Below, in pieces: positions 36,089 through 38,506 of a stretch of 38,506 nucleotides of DNA. Origin of the DNA: a virus (lineage: Duplodnaviria > Caudoviricetes); IMG/VR virus record IMGVR_UViG_3300028195_000196, positions 1 to 38,506 of that record, one strand, 5' to 3'. The translations under genes were made by a program, and so were the position numbers. Below the pieces are notes generated by a model. That model saw only the letters and a list, made by a program, of their open reading frames with translations, made no database searches and was not told where the DNA came from. The number at the start of each line of letters is the position of its first letter. The first letter of the stretch is position 1.

Positions 36089-37810
36089 ATGGCTACCGAT
36101 TACCCTACCTCGATTGATTCACTTACGAATCCAACAAGTACCGACACAATGGCTGCTGTCAGTCATTCTGGTCAACATACCAACGCTAACGATGCGATAG
36201 AAGCTCTCCAGGCTAAAGTAGGAGCAGATTCAAGTGCAGTAACAACTTCACACGATTACAAACTCTCAGGAGTTTCAGGATCAGATGTTGCTGCCTCAGT
36301 TACTGGGACAGAAACTCTCACAAACAAAACATTAGAAGATGCAACAGCTCTTGAATCAAGTGCCGCTCCTACTACTGACGCAATGGTCGCTAATAAGAAG
36401 TATGTTGATGACCAAGTTAGTGGAGTTAATGAGTTTACAGAATTAACTGACACACCAGCAAATTATACTTCTCAAGCTAATAAGATACCTCAAGTAAATG
36501 CAGGAGAAACAGCTTTAGAGTTTACAGATGCTCCAACTATAGCTAACACAAATATTACAGAAGCTACCGATAAGAACTACGTTACAGATGCACAACAAAC
36601 TGTCATAGGTAACACTTCTGGTACAAACTCAGGTGATGATCCAGCAGATGATACAGCTTATAACGCTACATCATGGGATGCTAATACAGACTCAGCAACT
36701 AAGAACGCTATTCGTGACAAAGTAGATGCAATGGACACAGCTATTGGACTTAACACAGCTAAGAGTACCAACATATCTACTGATCTATCAGAAGGCACAG
36801 CAACAGAGACAACAGTAGATGTAAACTCCAGTGATGGAAACAATGCTACTCTAGCTTCAGCTAGTACCTCAAGAGCAGGACTCTTAACTAAGGCTAAATG
36901 GGATGAAGTAGTCGCTAACACAGCTAAGAATACAAACGTACCAACAGCCCTAAGTGTTGGAACAGTAGGAGTTAATACAGTAGCTATCACTTCAGATGGT
37001 GGAGCAGACGATGTAACACTCCCAGCAGCTTTAGTATCAGCAGCAGGAATGCTCACTACAGCTAAATGGGGAGAGATCGTTGCAAACAACGCCAAACTAA
37101 CAGCAGATACTACAAATGTAACCTCAGCAGGTGCTTTAATGGATTCAGAGTTAGCATCAATCGCTGATGTAAAGGCTTTAAATCAAAGTGTTGTATCAGG
37201 AGCAACTCCAACCTTTACGAATACGAACTTCACAGAGGCAACAAACAAGAACTATGTAACTGACGCACAACAAACCGTCATAACAAATACCTCTAACACT
37301 AATACTGGAGATGAGGTAGCAGCAAGCACTTCAACAGCAGGTGTAGCAGAACTAACTATTGCTTCAGAAGTAACCACAGGAACAGACACGACGAGAACTA
37401 TTACAGCAGACTCTCTAGCAGGATCAGACTACGGTAAAAGAGTAGTAGGAATCCAAGTCATAGACGTAGCTACAGATACAGCAGTCGCAGATGACAACGC
37501 TTACTTCAGAGTACCTAGTGTGATGAACGGATGGAACTTAGTAGGAGTAGCAGCTAATGTCGCTACAGCAGGAACTACAGGAACTACAGACGTACAGATT
37601 TACAATGTTACCCAGACAGCAGATATGCTCTCAACGGTAATTACTATCGACTCAGCAGAAACTGACTCAAGTACAGCAGCAACAGCCGCTGTTATAGACA
37701 CTGCTAACGATGATGTAGCTACAGGGGACAGAATCAGAATAGATATAGACGCAGTTAGTAGCACTCCAGCAAAGGGCTTATATTGTGAGTTGATATTTCA
37801 GCTTCCTTAA
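36089..37810 (+). CDS. Long tail/head fibre protein with internal repeats
   Basis: MATDYPTSID...NDAIEALQAKVG anchor, ETLTNKTL, repeated TEAT.KNYVTDAQQTVI.NTS.TN.GD and AG.LT.AKW.E.VAN.AK. Confidence 0.8.
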   Translation: MATDYPTSIDSLTNPTSTDTMAAVSHSGQHTNANDAIEALQAKVGADSSAVTTSHDYKLSGVSGSDVAASVTGTETLTNKTLEDATALESSAAPTTDAMVANKKYVDDQVSGVNEFTELTDTPANYTSQANKIPQVNAGETALEFTDAPTIANTNITEATDKNYVTDAQQTVIGNTSGTNSGDDPADDTAYNATSWDANTDSATKNAIRDKVDAMDTAIGLNTAKSTNISTDLSEGTATETTVDVNSSDGNNATLASASTSRAGLLTKAKWDEVVANTAKNTNVPTALSVGTVGVNTVAITSDGGADDVTLPAALVSAAGMLTTAKWGEIVANNAKLTADTTNVTSAGALMDSELASIADVKALNQSVVSGATPTFTNTNFTEATNKNYVTDAQQTVITNTSNTNTGDEVAASTSTAGVAELTIASEVTTGTDTTRTITADSLAGSDYGKRVVGIQVIDVATDTAVADDNAYFRVPSVMNGWNLVGVAANVATAGTTGTTDVQIYNVTQTADMLSTVITIDSAETDSSTAATAAVIDTANDDVATGDRIRIDIDAVSSTPAKGLYCELIFQLP

Positions 37811-37824
37811 CCTATAACTAGGTT

Positions 37825-38340
37825 ATGACAAAAACAATAAAGAGACCAGATGTGGTCAAAAGGAACAAGAGTAAAAAACATATAGAAAAGGTAAAACAAA
37901 CTTGGTTAAAGAGAAAAAAAAGATGTGATGACTGCAATAAAATAGTAAGCAGACAACACGTTAAAAGGTGCAGAAAATGTGCAGCTCTTAACCAGGTAGG
38001 AAAAATAAAAGAAAACGCAGGATACACAGCAATACATAAATGGGTGAGAAAAAACAAACCCTCTGATAACAAATGTGAAAGCTGCGAAATAGATGGTAAG
38101 GAAATAAAGAAAGGTTTACACCTAGCGAATAAAGACCATAAATATAAAAGAAACATAGAGGACTGGATGTACCTCTGCCCAAAGTGCCACAGGGACTACG
38201 ACATAGAAAATGGGCTTAGAATAACACTAAAAGGCAAAACACATCCCTTCTATGGAAAAAAACATGACAAAGAAACAAAACAACTTATTAGTAAAAGGAC
38301 AAAAGAAGGTATGAGGGGTTTTCCAACTCCCATAAGATAA
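37825..38340 (+). CDS. HNH-type homing endonuclease with C-terminal NUMOD3
   Basis: IHKWV..CESC..HLANKDHKYKR..LCPKCH; HPFYGKKHDKETKQLISK. Confidence 0.8.
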   Translation: MTKTIKRPDVVKRNKSKKHIEKVKQTWLKRKKRCDDCNKIVSRQHVKRCRKCAALNQVGKIKENAGYTAIHKWVRKNKPSDNKCESCEIDGKEIKKGLHLANKDHKYKRNIEDWMYLCPKCHRDYDIENGLRITLKGKTHPFYGKKHDKETKQLISKRTKEGMRGFPTPIR

Positions 38341-38506
38341 ATGATAATAAATCTACAGTCATATTTGTCTTGGTCTACAGACTCAGCTCAAGAGGCTCAG
38401 GGTGGTTTAATGATGGCAGTTGATGGTACTCCAGACACCTATGCCTGGATTATTTCAAGAAATGGAACAACAACCAACGCATATAGACTACAAATAGTTG
38501 TTGGAG
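38341..38506 (+). CDS. 5' end of the adhesin gene that continues at 31-2298
   Basis: MIINLQSYLSWSTDSAQEAQGGL then MMAVDG..., in frame through the terminal overlap. Confidence 0.8.
   Translation, partial: MIINLQSYLSWSTDSAQEAQGGLMMAVDGTPDTYAWIISRNGTTTNAYRLQIVVG
38380..38506. repeat. Terminal direct repeat, copy of 1-127
   Basis: Exact identity. Confidence 0.95.

Noticed and set aside
3315-38182. All minus-strand ORFs in the track
   Set aside because: They lie antisense to well-supported + strand genes or structured non-coding DNA and show no recognisable motifs
38380-38506. 127-bp terminal repeat as a biological direct terminal repeat
   Set aside because: Length equals a standard assembler k-mer and it falls inside an ORF; best explained as circular overlap
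1-38506. Stop-codon reassignment
   Set aside because: Genes are full length and densely packed under code 11, with TAA, TAG and TGA all used as stops

Overview
This window looks like a complete, circularly assembled dsDNA tailed-phage genome of 38,379 bp; bases 1-127 repeat exactly at 38380-38506, most likely an assembler k-mer overlap. All credible genes are on the + strand and use the standard code. Morphogenesis is podovirus-like: TerS, TerL, portal, scaffold, N4-gp56-like major capsid, adaptor/nozzle, four probable ejection proteins, two fibre/adhesin modules and a CHAP lysis module. An 8-enzyme glycosylation and NDP-sugar cassette, headed by groES, lies between capsid and tail genes. Three related HNH endonuclease genes sit between tail genes. 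I could not recognise an integrase, CI repressor, replication initiator, helicase, primase or polymerase. The most striking feature is a gene-free ~850 bp control region (17049-17897) that appears to produce several structured RNAs. These are (i) a ~75-nt stem-loop whose loop is complementary to the start-codon regions of the first gene behind each of three operator-bearing promoters; (ii) a two-state attenuator with two coupled mini-ORFs; and (iii) a downstream multi-hairpin stretch ending in a G-quadruplex-competent purine tract, a candidate RNA-primed origin. A Patescibacteria (CPR) host is plausible but only inferred. Family calls come from motif recognition by eye and RNA structures were paired by hand; no searches were run.
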